A DNA stretch of 64,000 bases. It comes from Rhodanobacteraceae bacterium (GTDB lineage Bacteria; Acidobacteriota; Terriglobia; Terriglobales; Acidobacteriaceae). A program made the position numbers and the translations under genes. Shown one piece after another: positions 24,945-35,024 of the stretch; position 1 is the stretch's first letter, and each line of letters opens with the position of its first letter. Location: the NCBI GenBank assembly GCA_025350865.1, contig JANXWZ010000196.1, positions 5,895 through 69,894 of the forward strand, given 5' to 3'. The notes under the pieces are model-generated. The model was not told where the DNA came from and searched no databases. It saw nothing but the letters and a program-made list of their open reading frames with translations.

Positions 24945-27645
24945 GGCTAGTCCTCTTTTCGTCGCGTTTCAGCAGAGCCACAGGGAAGTGCTTCAGCAGA
25001 CCAGAAACCGGCCTGTCCTGAGCGTCGACCGCAACCTTAATAGTGTCGCCGGTGAGGACGTTGCGCCAGGTTCCCGGCGGCAGGGCCAGCCGGGTATCTT
25101 TCCACGCGTCGGCGAGCATCAGGGGGAAGCGTGGGACTAGCGTGATGACGCAACTTCCGCGCATGTAGGCGACCGCATGAGACGCCTTGCTGCCGGTCAC
25201 CTCCAAGGGCGAGTATGTTGATTCGCGGCCGAACAGGTCGGGCTGGTGACGGCGGAGTTCCAGCGCGGTGTGGATGACGTGGAGCTTCGGCAAACCTTCG
25301 TCCATCCGCGCGAGAATGTCATGCGGGGACATACCGTTCAGTTCGGCAAGCAGTCTGCGGCGAAGGTCATAGTCGACAGGGCGGCGGTTGTCGGGGTCGA
25401 CGAGCGAAAGATCCCAGAGTTCGCCGCCCTGGTAGAGATCCGGCACGCCGGGCGCGGTATGTTTCACGAGAGTTTGCGCCAGCGAGTTGATGCGGCCAGG
25501 GAGAAGGGTGCGCGCGACCAACGCCTCCAGCTCGGCAAGGAACGCGGAGTCTTCGAGAATACAGTCGATGAAGTGGGCGAGCGCATCTTCGAACGGCTGA
25601 TTATTTGCGACCCAGCTGGTTTGCTGCTTGGCCTCGCGGACTGCTTTCTGCATGTAGTTTTTCGCGCGTTCGGAGTCAATGGGCCATGCGCCGATGAGCG
25701 TCTGGTAGAGAAGATATTCGGTGTTCCTATCGGGCATTATGCCGGTCTTGTACTTCGAGGTGAGCGTGCTCCAGCGCGCGATGGCGTCGGCGAACTCATG
25801 TGGCATTTCGCTCAACACGGCAAGACGTGCACGGACGTCGTCGGAGCGTTTTGTGTCGTGCGTGGAAAGCGTGGTCATGGTGCAGGGATGGGTCTTCTGC
25901 ATCTTCTGCTGATAGGCATGAAAGTCTTCGGGAGAGAGTCCATTGGTTCCCGGGCTGCCACCCACCTCGCACAACGCAGTCAACCGGTTGAAGCAGTAGA
26001 ACGCGGTGTCCTCCATTCCCTTGGCCATGACGGGCGAAGTGAACTGCTGGAACCGCAGGACGAATTCCGTCTCCAGCCTTCCAGCCACTTGCAAGGTTAG
26101 GACCCTCTCGACGAAGTCGAATAGACCGCTGTCAATGTCGGTGCGCTGTGTCTTTGCACACTCGATTGCCTTGCGAATGTAGTGGCGATCCTCGTCAGTG
26201 ATGTCTGCGGCGCGTCCCCCCTCGGGTGGCACGACGTACGTTCTATAAATGGAGAAGCAGGCGGCGATCTCGCGGATGGCGCGGCGGATTTCTGCGCGGG
26301 TAAAGTCGCGCTGGTCGCGATGGTTTTCGCAGATCTCGACAAAGATGTTTGCGAGGCGATTGACATCCGAGCCGAGCGCTTCCTGCGCCACGGAAAGCTT
26401 CTTATCGTGCGCGATGGGCGCGAATTCCACCGGCTCCCTGGTGAATTCGCCGTAGACGGTAGTGAGCTCCGCGATGCCTTGAGGATGCACCAGCAATCCC
26501 AGCGCCACGTTCATGAAGTCGTATCCGCTGGTGCCGTCGATCGGCCAGGCGGTGCTTCCTTCCTGGCGCAAGAATTCACCAGTGGCGAGAATTTTTTCGC
26601 CTATGATCCAGGCATCCGGGGCGGCTTCGCGCAGACGCCTGAAGTACTCCAGCGGATCGCGCAGGCCGTCGGGATGGTCTACGCGAACGCCGTCGAGGAT
26701 TCCCCGGCGTAGCCAGTCGAGGATGAGCGCATGTGTCTCATCGAAGACGTGCGGGCGCTCGATGCGCAGACCGACCAACGTGTTGACATCGAAGAATCGG
26801 CGGTAGCCAAGCTGTTGGTCCGCCGTCTTCCAATAGGCCAGCCGATAGTTCTGGCGGTTGAGCAGATCGTCGAGAGCATCGTTGTCGGCGTTGAGCTCGC
26901 GCAGGGCGCGATCAATGGCTTGGCAAGCCTCCTGATCATCGGCGCAGAGCCGCTCAAGCAATGTCTTGATCACAACTTTGTCGCGATGCCGGGAGAGAAT
27001 CGTGCCGCGATTTTCAGAAGAGGGCGCGGGTAAGAGGCCGAACGATGCAGCCAGGAAACCCAGCGTGTCGGACTTTGCGTACACGGCGGCTTTGGAGAGA
27101 ATCGCGGGAAGCGAGGTCGGGGCCACGGGCAAGGTCTGACCTGCGGTTTCCACGACGAAGCGGGCTGCGGATCGCGTTACCTTGATTCCTCCGGCAGCAA
27201 GGACGCGGCCGTACTGATCGCCCAGGATGGGCACAAGCACTTTGTCGCGGAGCCGCTCTTCGGGCGAGTTCCAATCGATATCGAAGAACGAGGCGTAGCG
27301 GCTGTACGGCCCGTTCTCGAGCACATCCCACCAGAAACGGTTCTGGCTGCCGATCGCCATATGGTTCGGCACAATGTCGAGAACCTGGCCCAGTTTATTT
27401 TCGCGCAGCCGCTTCGAGAAGCGTTCGTGCGCTTCCGCTCCTCCAAGCTCTTCGTTGACACGCTGATGATCGACCACGTCGTAACCGTGCATGCTGCCGG
27501 GAACGGCCTGCAGGTACGGCGAACAGTAGGCGTGCGTAACGCCGAGATCATAAAGATACTGGGCGATCGCGGCAGCGTCGTCAAAGGTGAAATCTTCATG
27601 AAGTTGAAGCCGGTAAGTGGACACCGGCATCTTAGGTGTGTCCAT
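24937..27645 (-). CDS. treY: Malto-oligosyltrehalose synthase (GH13)
   Basis: STYRLQL, GSMHGYDVVD, DIVPNHM, RVDHPDGL, STHDTKRS and GVPDLYQG. Confidence 0.95.
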   Translation of the reverse strand: MDTPKMPVSTYRLQLHEDFTFDDAAAIAQYLYDLGVTHAYCSPYLQAVPGSMHGYDVVDHQRVNEELGGAEAHERFSKRLRENKLGQVLDIVPNHMAIGSQNRFWWDVLENGPYSRYASFFDIDWNSPEERLRDKVLVPILGDQYGRVLAAGGIKVTRSAARFVVETAGQTLPVAPTSLPAILSKAAVYAKSDTLGFLAASFGLLPAPSSENRGTILSRHRDKVVIKTLLERLCADDQEACQAIDRALRELNADNDALDDLLNRQNYRLAYWKTADQQLGYRRFFDVNTLVGLRIERPHVFDETHALILDWLRRGILDGVRVDHPDGLRDPLEYFRRLREAAPDAWIIGEKILATGEFLRQEGSTAWPIDGTSGYDFMNVALGLLVHPQGIAELTTVYGEFTREPVEFAPIAHDKKLSVAQEALGSDVNRLANIFVEICENHRDQRDFTRAEIRRAIREIAACFSIYRTYVVPPEGGRAADITDEDRHYIRKAIECAKTQRTDIDSGLFDFVERVLTLQVAGRLETEFVLRFQQFTSPVMAKGMEDTAFYCFNRLTALCEVGGSPGTNGLSPEDFHAYQQKMQKTHPCTMTTLSTHDTKRSDDVRARLAVLSEMPHEFADAIARWSTLTSKYKTGIMPDRNTEYLLYQTLIGAWPIDSERAKNYMQKAVREAKQQTSWVANNQPFEDALAHFIDCILEDSAFLAELEALVARTLLPGRINSLAQTLVKHTAPGVPDLYQGGELWDLSLVDPDNRRPVDYDLRRRLLAELNGMSPHDILARMDEGLPKLHVIHTALELRRHQPDLFGRESTYSPLEVTGSKASHAVAYMRGSCVITLVPRFPLMLADAWKDTRLALPPGTWRNVLTGDTIKVAVDAQDRPVSGLLKHFPVALLKRDEKRTSHA

Positions 27646-27790
27646 GGGTAACTTTCCTAGCCGATCATCAATGCGTAATTAGGTGCGTCGATCCAGCGCC
27701 GGGTTGCGTTGGGACTGGGGAACGCAATCGGTTGTTCATGGCACCGTCAATCTCATAACGCGCATCATAGAAATCTGGAGAGCCTGACGC

Positions 27791-30700
27791 GTGAAGAAGC
27801 TGGGAAGTGCGAGCGACCCGCTATGGTACAAGGACGCGGTCATTTACGAGTTGCACGTCCGTGCGTTTGCGGACTCCAACAACGACGGCGTTGGCGACTT
27901 CCCCGGATTGATGTCAAAGCTCGACTACCTGCAGGATCTCGGGGTAACGTGCCTGTGGCTGCTGCCATTCTTCCCGTCGCCTTTGCGCGACGATGGGTAC
28001 GACATCGCAAATTATGTCGACGTGAATCCTTCCTACGGCACCCTGAATGATTTCAAGCAGTTTCTGGACGCAGCCCACCAGCGTGGGATGCAGGTGATGA
28101 TCGAACTGGTCATCAACCACACCAGCGATCGGCACCCGTGGTTTCAGACGTCGCGTCTTGCGCCCCCCGGCTCACCGGAGCGAGAGATGTATGTGTGGTC
28201 TCCGACGGACCAGTTATATAAAGACGCACGCATCATCTTCACCGATACGGAAAAGAGCAATTGGACGTGGGATGAGACCGCACAAGCGTATTACTGGCAC
28301 CGCTTTTTCTCGCATCAGCCGGACTTGAACTTCGACAATCCGCGCGTGATGAACGAGGTGATATCGGCGATGCGCTTCTGGCTGGATATGGGCGTCGACG
28401 CCCTGCGCCTTGATGCGATTCCTTACCTGATCGAGCGTGACGGCACGAGTTGTGAAAATGTGCCGGAGACGCACGTCAAGATCAAGCAGATTCGAGCGGC
28501 CATGGATGCCGAGTATTCGGGCCGCGTGATTCTGGCTGAGGCCAATATGTGGCCCGCCGACGTGCGACCGTACTTCGGTGACAACGATGAGTGCCAAATG
28601 GCATTTCACTTTCCGCTGATGCCGCGCATCTACATGGCGCTGCGCCAGGAGGATCGTCTGCCCATTACCGAGATCATGGCGCAGACTCCGGAAATTCCGC
28701 CAAGCTGCCAGTGGGGGCTGTTCCTCCGCAACCACGACGAACTCACGTTGGAGATGGTCACCAACGATGAGCGCGACTACATGTATCTGGCTTATTCGGC
28801 CGATCCACGCATGCGCATCAACGTCGGAATCCGCCGCCGGCTTGCGCCATTGGTGGACAACAACCGCCGCCGTATCGAGCTTCTGAACTCGCTGCTGCTC
28901 AGCTTTCCGGGGACGCCGATCCTATATTACGGCGACGAGATTGGCATGGGCGACAACATCTATCTCGGCGACCGCAATGGCGTCCGGACGCCGATGCAAT
29001 GGAACTCCGACCGGAACGCTGGCTTCTCGCGGTGTGACCCAGCAAGGCTGTACTTCCCGGTCGTGATGGACCCCATCTACGGATACCAGGTAGTCAATGT
29101 GGAGGCGCAGCTAAGCGACCAGTCGTCGCTGCTCCACTGGACGCGGAACATGATCGCGCTGCGCAAGTTGTTCCAGGTGTTCGGTCGCGGGACGCTGGAG
29201 TTTCTACACCCGACGAACCGCAAGATATTGGCTTACCTGCGCAAGCTGAAGCGAAATGACGGATCGGATGAAGTGGTTCTGTGTGTGGCGAATCTATCCC
29301 GGTTCGCACAGCCGGTTTCACTGGAATTGAAAGAGTATGCGGGAATGGTGCCGGTCGAGATGCTGGGTTATGTTTCCTTCCCACCCATCGATCAAACGCC
29401 GTATGCGTTGACCATCGCACCTTATTCTTTCCTGTGGTTTGAGTTGCAGCCTGCGCCGATCCACGCCGAGCTCCAGGCAGAAGAGGCGGAAGTTGAAAAG
29501 CAAAGCGCGGTCATCGCGTTGGACGTGCAGGCAGATGGCTGGGCGTCTCTTGTCTCCGGGCCAGGTCTCGAGCTGCTTCAGACGACGATCCCCGCGTGGT
29601 TGCCACGCCAACGATGGTTCGGAGCGAAGTCGAAGACCATCGCTTCGGTTTCCGTTCTCGACTGGGTTAGGGTGCCTCTCGCGTCGGTTCCATCAATCCT
29701 CCGGCCTAACGGCTTAGAACCACTCGGTGCGGCGATCTTTTTTATCAGCGTGATCTACTCTGAAGGCGAATCTGACACCTACCAACTGCCCCTCGCTGTT
29801 TCGGCGGGAGAAGAGATGGAGAGCGTCTTATTCGCTTCGCCGACTAGTGTTCTTGGAACGCTCACGACCGCGGGCGGTGCTGCCATCCTGCACGATGCCA
29901 CTGCGCTGGAAGGTTTTCGTCAGGCATTACTGGCGATCATGGAAAAGGACGCGACACTTCCAGCGAACCAAGCGGAAGGAACGATCACACTGCGAGGCGC
30001 GCGATCCAATGCGTTTGCATCGGTACGCGGGATGGGGCCTGTGGTCGCTCGTACCGGCTCGGCCGAGCAGTCGAACACGAGCATCCTCTACGGCCAAAAG
30101 ATGATCCTCAAGTTGTTTCGGCGACTGCAGCCGGGCACAAATCCGGACATTGAGATTGGCAGATTCCTGACCGACGCAGCCCACTTTCCGCAGATTGCTA
30201 CATTTCTTGGAGACATTCAGCGCCAGGGAGTCAACGGTGAAAGTACCTCCGTCGCGATGCTGCAGCAGATGGTTGCGAACGAAGGTGATGGCTGGCAGTG
30301 GACGCTTGAAGAACTCGCCCGGTTCTATGAATCGGTTTCGACCGGCCCCCCGCCGAAGGATGAAGGTAAACCCCCAACATTCCTGGGCCAAAGCCGGGTT
30401 TCCTCAGAAGCAGAGGAGAAGGTAGGGCTCTATCTCGCGGCCGCCGAGCTGTTGGGCCAGCGGACCGCCGAGATGCATCTCGCGCTGGCGACTGAAACTG
30501 AGGAGGCAGCTTTTTTCGCAGAAGCGATGACGGCCGATGATCTTGCCTCCGACGCTGGCCGCATCGACCTGCAAATTCAAAAAACCTTTGACGCGCTGAG
30601 GGTGAGGCTGGCCTCGTTTAAGAATGAAGAGGCAGACGACGCGGCCACCGTTTTAAGCCGTCGCGTCGAGCTGTACTCGCGCGTGGATGCGCTGAAACAA

Positions 30701-31192
30701 GGGGAAGCTTCGGGCAAGGTCATTCGGATTCATGGCGATTACCATCTGGGGCAGGTCCTGCGCTCGAAAAATGATTTCGTGCTGCTGGACTTCGAAGGTG
30801 AACCCGCTCGACCGCTGGAAGAACGGCGTCGCAAGCAGTGTCCGCTGAAGGATGTCGCTGGAATGCTGCGCAGCTTCTCGTATGCAGCCTGGGCGGGGCT
30901 TGATCAGCATCTGCAACGCCGTCCGGAGACCAGCCGGGCTCTGGAGCCGTGGCTACGGCTGTGGCAGAACTCCGTATCGGCGCGCTTTTTGAATGCCTAT
31001 CGCAAGACCTGCGAAAAACGAATCGATCTGCTTCCGAAGCCTGAGAACGCGCAGATACTTTTGAATGCCTACCTGCTGGAGAAGTCGCTCTACGAATTGC
31101 TGTATGAACTGAACAACCGGCCAGCGTGGGTGCGAATTCCGCTCGCGGGAATCTTGTCATTGCCGCAGTCCTTGGGTTTGAGCAAGCGATAA
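27791..31192 (+). CDS. treS: Trehalose synthase fused to a maltokinase-like domain (TreS-Mak/Pep2)
   Basis: WYKDAVIYELHV, RLDAIPYL, LAEANMWP, FLRNHDEL; C-terminal EQSNTS, RIHGDYHLGQVL, DFEGEP. Confidence 0.95.
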   Translation: MKKLGSASDPLWYKDAVIYELHVRAFADSNNDGVGDFPGLMSKLDYLQDLGVTCLWLLPFFPSPLRDDGYDIANYVDVNPSYGTLNDFKQFLDAAHQRGMQVMIELVINHTSDRHPWFQTSRLAPPGSPEREMYVWSPTDQLYKDARIIFTDTEKSNWTWDETAQAYYWHRFFSHQPDLNFDNPRVMNEVISAMRFWLDMGVDALRLDAIPYLIERDGTSCENVPETHVKIKQIRAAMDAEYSGRVILAEANMWPADVRPYFGDNDECQMAFHFPLMPRIYMALRQEDRLPITEIMAQTPEIPPSCQWGLFLRNHDELTLEMVTNDERDYMYLAYSADPRMRINVGIRRRLAPLVDNNRRRIELLNSLLLSFPGTPILYYGDEIGMGDNIYLGDRNGVRTPMQWNSDRNAGFSRCDPARLYFPVVMDPIYGYQVVNVEAQLSDQSSLLHWTRNMIALRKLFQVFGRGTLEFLHPTNRKILAYLRKLKRNDGSDEVVLCVANLSRFAQPVSLELKEYAGMVPVEMLGYVSFPPIDQTPYALTIAPYSFLWFELQPAPIHAELQAEEAEVEKQSAVIALDVQADGWASLVSGPGLELLQTTIPAWLPRQRWFGAKSKTIASVSVLDWVRVPLASVPSILRPNGLEPLGAAIFFISVIYSEGESDTYQLPLAVSAGEEMESVLFASPTSVLGTLTTAGGAAILHDATALEGFRQALLAIMEKDATLPANQAEGTITLRGARSNAFASVRGMGPVVARTGSAEQSNTSILYGQKMILKLFRRLQPGTNPDIEIGRFLTDAAHFPQIATFLGDIQRQGVNGESTSVAMLQQMVANEGDGWQWTLEELARFYESVSTGPPPKDEGKPPTFLGQSRVSSEAEEKVGLYLAAAELLGQRTAEMHLALATETEEAAFFAEAMTADDLASDAGRIDLQIQKTFDALRVRLASFKNEEADDAATVLSRRVELYSRVDALKQGEASGKVIRIHGDYHLGQVLRSKNDFVLLDFEGEPARPLEERRRKQCPLKDVAGMLRSFSYAAWAGLDQHLQRRPETSRALEPWLRLWQNSVSARFLNAYRKTCEKRIDLLPKPENAQILLNAYLLEKSLYELLYELNNRPAWVRIPLAGILSLPQSLGLSKR

Positions 31193-31208
31193 GGGAGAGT
31201 ATCGAATC

Positions 31209-32408
31209 ATGGCATCCACCATCACGACTCCCGAACTTCAGCAATCGGCGCACGGTTCCACCTCACTCGTGGTGAGCCTCCCATCGCTGTCGGGCGAGGC
31301 CTTTGAAGAGCTGCGCGCGAAGCTTGCGGAAGCATTGGTCGATGAGAACGTCGTAGTTGCCACGCCGGATGCAATAGCTCCAAACAACGCTTCCGGAGCC
31401 TCGTTTCGCGTTGTCGCTAACCCGAAGGGCGTGGCGTCGATCGGGCAGTGGACCTTGACGGCTATGGACTACCTGAACGCGCATGAGTTGGTCGTTCAGC
31501 ATCAGGCTCGCGGAGTGCTGTTACTCGGGGCCGAATCGCAATCGTTGAGCGCTTCAGGTCTCCGTGTCCTTGCAAAGTACGTGCTCAACAGCGAATGCGA
31601 TCTCGTGGTGCCGCGCTACACACTTCCTCCGCGTTCCGGCCTTGTCAACCTGGCAATCCTCTATCCGATTTCTCGAACATTATTTGGGGCTGGGCCACGC
31701 TTTCCGCAGGCGATTGACGTAGCGCTCTCTGCTCGAATGGCAGAACGAATGGCCTCTGTGGCACAGCGTTTCACGGCCTCAAATCAAAATGAGGCGCTTC
31801 TCTGGCCGGTCTCGGAAGGGGCGGTTGCGGGCTACTCCATCGAACAGGTGGACGTAGGAAACCGAGTCATTCCATTGCCGCTGGATTCCAGCCTGAACAC
31901 GGCGCTGGCGCAGGTAGCAGGCTCGCTGTTCGCAGATGTCGAAGCGAAGGCTGCCTTCTGGCAACGCATTCGAACCGTGCCGGCAGAGAAGGCAATGGCG
32001 CAAAGTGCATCGGTGCCTGGTAGAGAAGACGTGACGTCGATGATTGAGACCTTCCGTCTTGCCTATGTCAACCTGCAGGAGATCTGGTCTCTGGTTCTCC
32101 CGCCGCAATCGTTGTTCGGCCTGAAGCGACTCTCTGCAATGCCAGCCGAGAGTTTTGCCATGCCCGACTCGCTGTGGGCGAGGATCGTCTACGACTTCCT
32201 GCTGGCTTATCGCTTGCGCACGATCAACCGAGGCCACCTGCTCGGCGCGCTTACGCCGCTTTACCTGGCGTGGGCTGCATCCCACATTTTGTTGACCGAA
32301 GCCGGCACGTCTCCCGAGCAGCACAACGAGGCTCAGGCAGCAGCATTCGACGCCGAAAAGCCGTACCTGGTCTCGCGCTGGCGCTGGCCCGATCGCTTCA
32401 ACCCCTAG
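31209..32408 (+). CDS. GT-A fold, glucosyl-3-phosphoglycerate synthase-like protein lacking the DxD motif
   Basis: DLVVPRY...GLVNLAILYPISRTLFG, WARIVYDF and ALTPLYLAWAAS match this GT family. The usual DAD position reads LLGAES. Confidence 0.65.
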   Translation: MASTITTPELQQSAHGSTSLVVSLPSLSGEAFEELRAKLAEALVDENVVVATPDAIAPNNASGASFRVVANPKGVASIGQWTLTAMDYLNAHELVVQHQARGVLLLGAESQSLSASGLRVLAKYVLNSECDLVVPRYTLPPRSGLVNLAILYPISRTLFGAGPRFPQAIDVALSARMAERMASVAQRFTASNQNEALLWPVSEGAVAGYSIEQVDVGNRVIPLPLDSSLNTALAQVAGSLFADVEAKAAFWQRIRTVPAEKAMAQSASVPGREDVTSMIETFRLAYVNLQEIWSLVLPPQSLFGLKRLSAMPAESFAMPDSLWARIVYDFLLAYRLRTINRGHLLGALTPLYLAWAASHILLTEAGTSPEQHNEAQAAAFDAEKPYLVSRWRWPDRFNP

Positions 32409-32457
32409 CCCACGTGGACGTTGAGGCAGGCTCACAGCCTGTACAAGGAGCAACATC

Positions 32458-33264
32458 ATGACTATCGCCCTTCAACCACTTCAAAATTCCGACATGAGCC
32501 CATCCATGTTGGGCCACATGGCGAATGCCCTACGGGAGTCGGTTTACCGCGTCCTGTCCTTGCTCATCAGCATCCTGCCCGGGCTGTTCGCGTTCGTTCT
32601 GGCATTCGCGGTGATGACGGCGCTGGGCTTGTTCCTTAGCTGGGTGCTGCGGCATGCCCTCACTGCGGCAAAGTTCGACGAACGGCTTGCCCGGACGCAG
32701 GCCAGCGTCGCGGATTGGTCACCCCAACACAGCCCCACGTCGCTCGTCGGCCGCATTGCATTCTGGGCGTGCGTGCTGCTGGGTCTGGTGATTGGAATCT
32801 CCGCCTTCGATGCGTCCTACTCCGCTGCTGGGACGCTTTCCATCGCTCTGCTGCCGTATCTTACCCGCTCTGTAGGGGCCATCCTGCTGCTTTTCATCGG
32901 CAATCTGATCGCACGCTTCCTTGCGCGCACCGTGCTGATCGGCGCCGTCAACAACCAGTTACAGTACGCGCGATTCCTTTCGATGGGCGTGAAGTGGCTG
33001 GTGTTGGTCCTGACTGCAGCCATGGTGCTCGACCACCTGGAGGTTGGCACTGGAATCGTCGAAATAGCGTTTGGCATTCTATTCGGCGGGATCGTGCTCA
33101 CCTTGGCGCTGGCCATTGGCCTTGGCTCCCGCGACCTCGTCACGAGGTCGCTTGAGCGCACGGCGGAGCGAACCCCGGAACGGAGCGGGGAAGGAGTCAA
33201 AGGAAGTTCCGGCGCCAGGCCCATAGCGCAACAACCGGTCGAAGACTCTCTGCGACATTTCTAG
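32458..33264 (+). CDS. CmpX-like membrane protein with mechanosensitive-channel TM-helix repeats
   Basis: Multiple TM helices and EIAFGILFGGIVLTLALAIGLG. No MscS cytoplasmic cage domain. Confidence 0.7.
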   Translation: MTIALQPLQNSDMSPSMLGHMANALRESVYRVLSLLISILPGLFAFVLAFAVMTALGLFLSWVLRHALTAAKFDERLARTQASVADWSPQHSPTSLVGRIAFWACVLLGLVIGISAFDASYSAAGTLSIALLPYLTRSVGAILLLFIGNLIARFLARTVLIGAVNNQLQYARFLSMGVKWLVLVLTAAMVLDHLEVGTGIVEIAFGILFGGIVLTLALAIGLGSRDLVTRSLERTAERTPERSGEGVKGSSGARPIAQQPVEDSLRHF

Positions 33265-33273
33265 GGTCAGGAG

Positions 33274-33993
33274 CTACTTGATCGTCTTGATAAATGCCAG
33301 GAGATCTGCCACTTCTGCCGAGGTGTAATTTTCCAGCAACGTGCCATGCTTCGCTCGTCCAGTAACTGCTTTTTCGGTCCGCCTGGAGACATCGAAGGAA
33401 GGCGTCGACTGAAGAAAAGCCGGCCTGATGATGAACGCTTTCAAGTCCGCGTCCTTGACGACTTTGATGGCCGATGCGATGGAAGCAGGTGAATGACACA
33501 TGGAGCAGGATTTCTCGAAGTATGCCTTGCCGGCGCTAATATCCCCCACAACGACATCCCGATCCTGCATGAGTTCGGCGAAGTGACCCTGGCCCTTGGA
33601 GTAGTGAATCCAGCGGGCGATGTCAGCTAACTCTCGGTCGCTTAGATCAGAAAATTGCGGCATGGGCGAGAGCTTTGCGGTTTGCGGAATTCCGACACGC
33701 AGGACATGGCTGATGACGCCGCCATCTACATCGGCCCGAACCAGGGGCGAATGCAGCAGGTCCGCGGCCTCTCCATTGCGGACGCGAAGGTCTACTCCAT
33801 GGCAGTACGCGCAGCCGTAGAGTACATAGGTTTCTTTGCTATGCTGTAGTACCGGATCAGGCAGGATTGGGGTCAAAAAATTGATGACTCCGCGTTCTGC
33901 GGGGCGGGCAGCCTCGTGCTGGGCAGCGGCGACATGGAACGTGGCTGACAAGGTCAGCATCAGAGCAACTGCACTTTTCCATGTCAAGGTCAT
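33274..33993 (-). CDS. Exported diheme cytochrome c
   Basis: Signal peptide, two CxxCH motifs (CAYCH, CSMCH) and GDISAGKAYF before the second. Confidence 0.88.
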   Translation of the reverse strand: MTLTWKSAVALMLTLSATFHVAAAQHEAARPAERGVINFLTPILPDPVLQHSKETYVLYGCAYCHGVDLRVRNGEAADLLHSPLVRADVDGGVISHVLRVGIPQTAKLSPMPQFSDLSDRELADIARWIHYSKGQGHFAELMQDRDVVVGDISAGKAYFEKSCSMCHSPASIASAIKVVKDADLKAFIIRPAFLQSTPSFDVSRRTEKAVTGRAKHGTLLENYTSAEVADLLAFIKTIK

Positions 33994-34041
33994 TCACTGT
34001 CTCCTGAACGCTTCATCTATTCACCGAAGGAAGGCTAACGT

Positions 34042-34977
34042 TTATGCGAGGGCTCGCTTGCAATAGTCCAAAACGATCTGGACTTCATCGACACCGCTGC
34101 GCAGGGTCCCATGCTCGAATTCAAGCAGGGCAATCATTGGCCACTGGTTATCCCGGATCATTCTGAGGATTTCGATGATGGGGGCATCCCCTTCGCCGAA
34201 CGGCGTGCTTCTGCCATTATTTTTTCGCCGATCACCCAAATGAACGCTGGATACGCGCTCGTGGTGTTTTTCTAGAAACTTCAGGCAATCTCCGTTCGCA
34301 GCGGTAAAGTGACGAACGTCGAGGGTAGCCTTGAAGTTCGGGGACATAGCCAATCCCTTCTCGAAAGTCTCTTCAGTGCTGAAGGCATCAGGGTCGGAGA
34401 GATTGTCATGGTTATGCAGACCCGTGAAGATATTGTGCTTCGCGGGAAAGGGAACAAGCTTCTGCGCGACAGCGAGTCCGTAGGATCCGATCGCGCCTTG
34501 TGCGCCGAGGAGGCGGGCCGCCTCATAGACGGCGTCAATCTCGCCTGCGGGCGTCGCCATGGTGAAGCCGACGTAGTACGTGAAGATCGTGATTCCCGCG
34601 TCGTCGAACTCTTTCTTGACGGATTCGTAGAAACTCGGCGGAGTTGTCAGCCGCCACTGACGCTGCTTTTCCCGGGCTGCTTCCGCAGTGACGCCGGGCA
34701 ATTGAAACGTTGGTTCGACCCAGGTGGCGTGAAGCTCAACAAAACTCAGGCCGTTCTGTACCAGACGTTGAATCAGGATGGACCTGTTCTGGTCGCTCTG
34801 GGGGAGATCGTGATAGCAAAAGGGCTGGAGGCCGATCTTCACGCCGTTGACGATTGAATTTGGCCTGGGTGGGGCCGCCATTGCAAATGCGAACGGCGAT
34901 GCGATGGTGTTACTCAGGGCAACGCCTGCTGCTGCACCAAGCGCCGATTTACCGAAGGTTCGTCGATCCAAAATCAA
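34042..34977 (-). CDS. Tat-exported xylose-isomerase-like TIM barrel (sugar phosphate isomerase/epimerase family)
   Basis: DRRTF Tat motif; GLHNH, LDVRH, VHLGD and LEFE. TTG start with an AGGAGG RBS. Confidence 0.8.
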   Translation of the reverse strand: MILDRRTFGKSALGAAAGVALSNTIASPFAFAMAAPPRPNSIVNGVKIGLQPFCYHDLPQSDQNRSILIQRLVQNGLSFVELHATWVEPTFQLPGVTAEAAREKQRQWRLTTPPSFYESVKKEFDDAGITIFTYYVGFTMATPAGEIDAVYEAARLLGAQGAIGSYGLAVAQKLVPFPAKHNIFTGLHNHDNLSDPDAFSTEETFEKGLAMSPNFKATLDVRHFTAANGDCLKFLEKHHERVSSVHLGDRRKNNGRSTPFGEGDAPIIEILRMIRDNQWPMIALLEFEHGTLRSGVDEVQIVLDYCKRALA

Positions 34978-35024
34978 GTGTCCTCCTGGATTTTCAACGG
35001 CGCCCTGGTGATGGCAGCCGTCTT

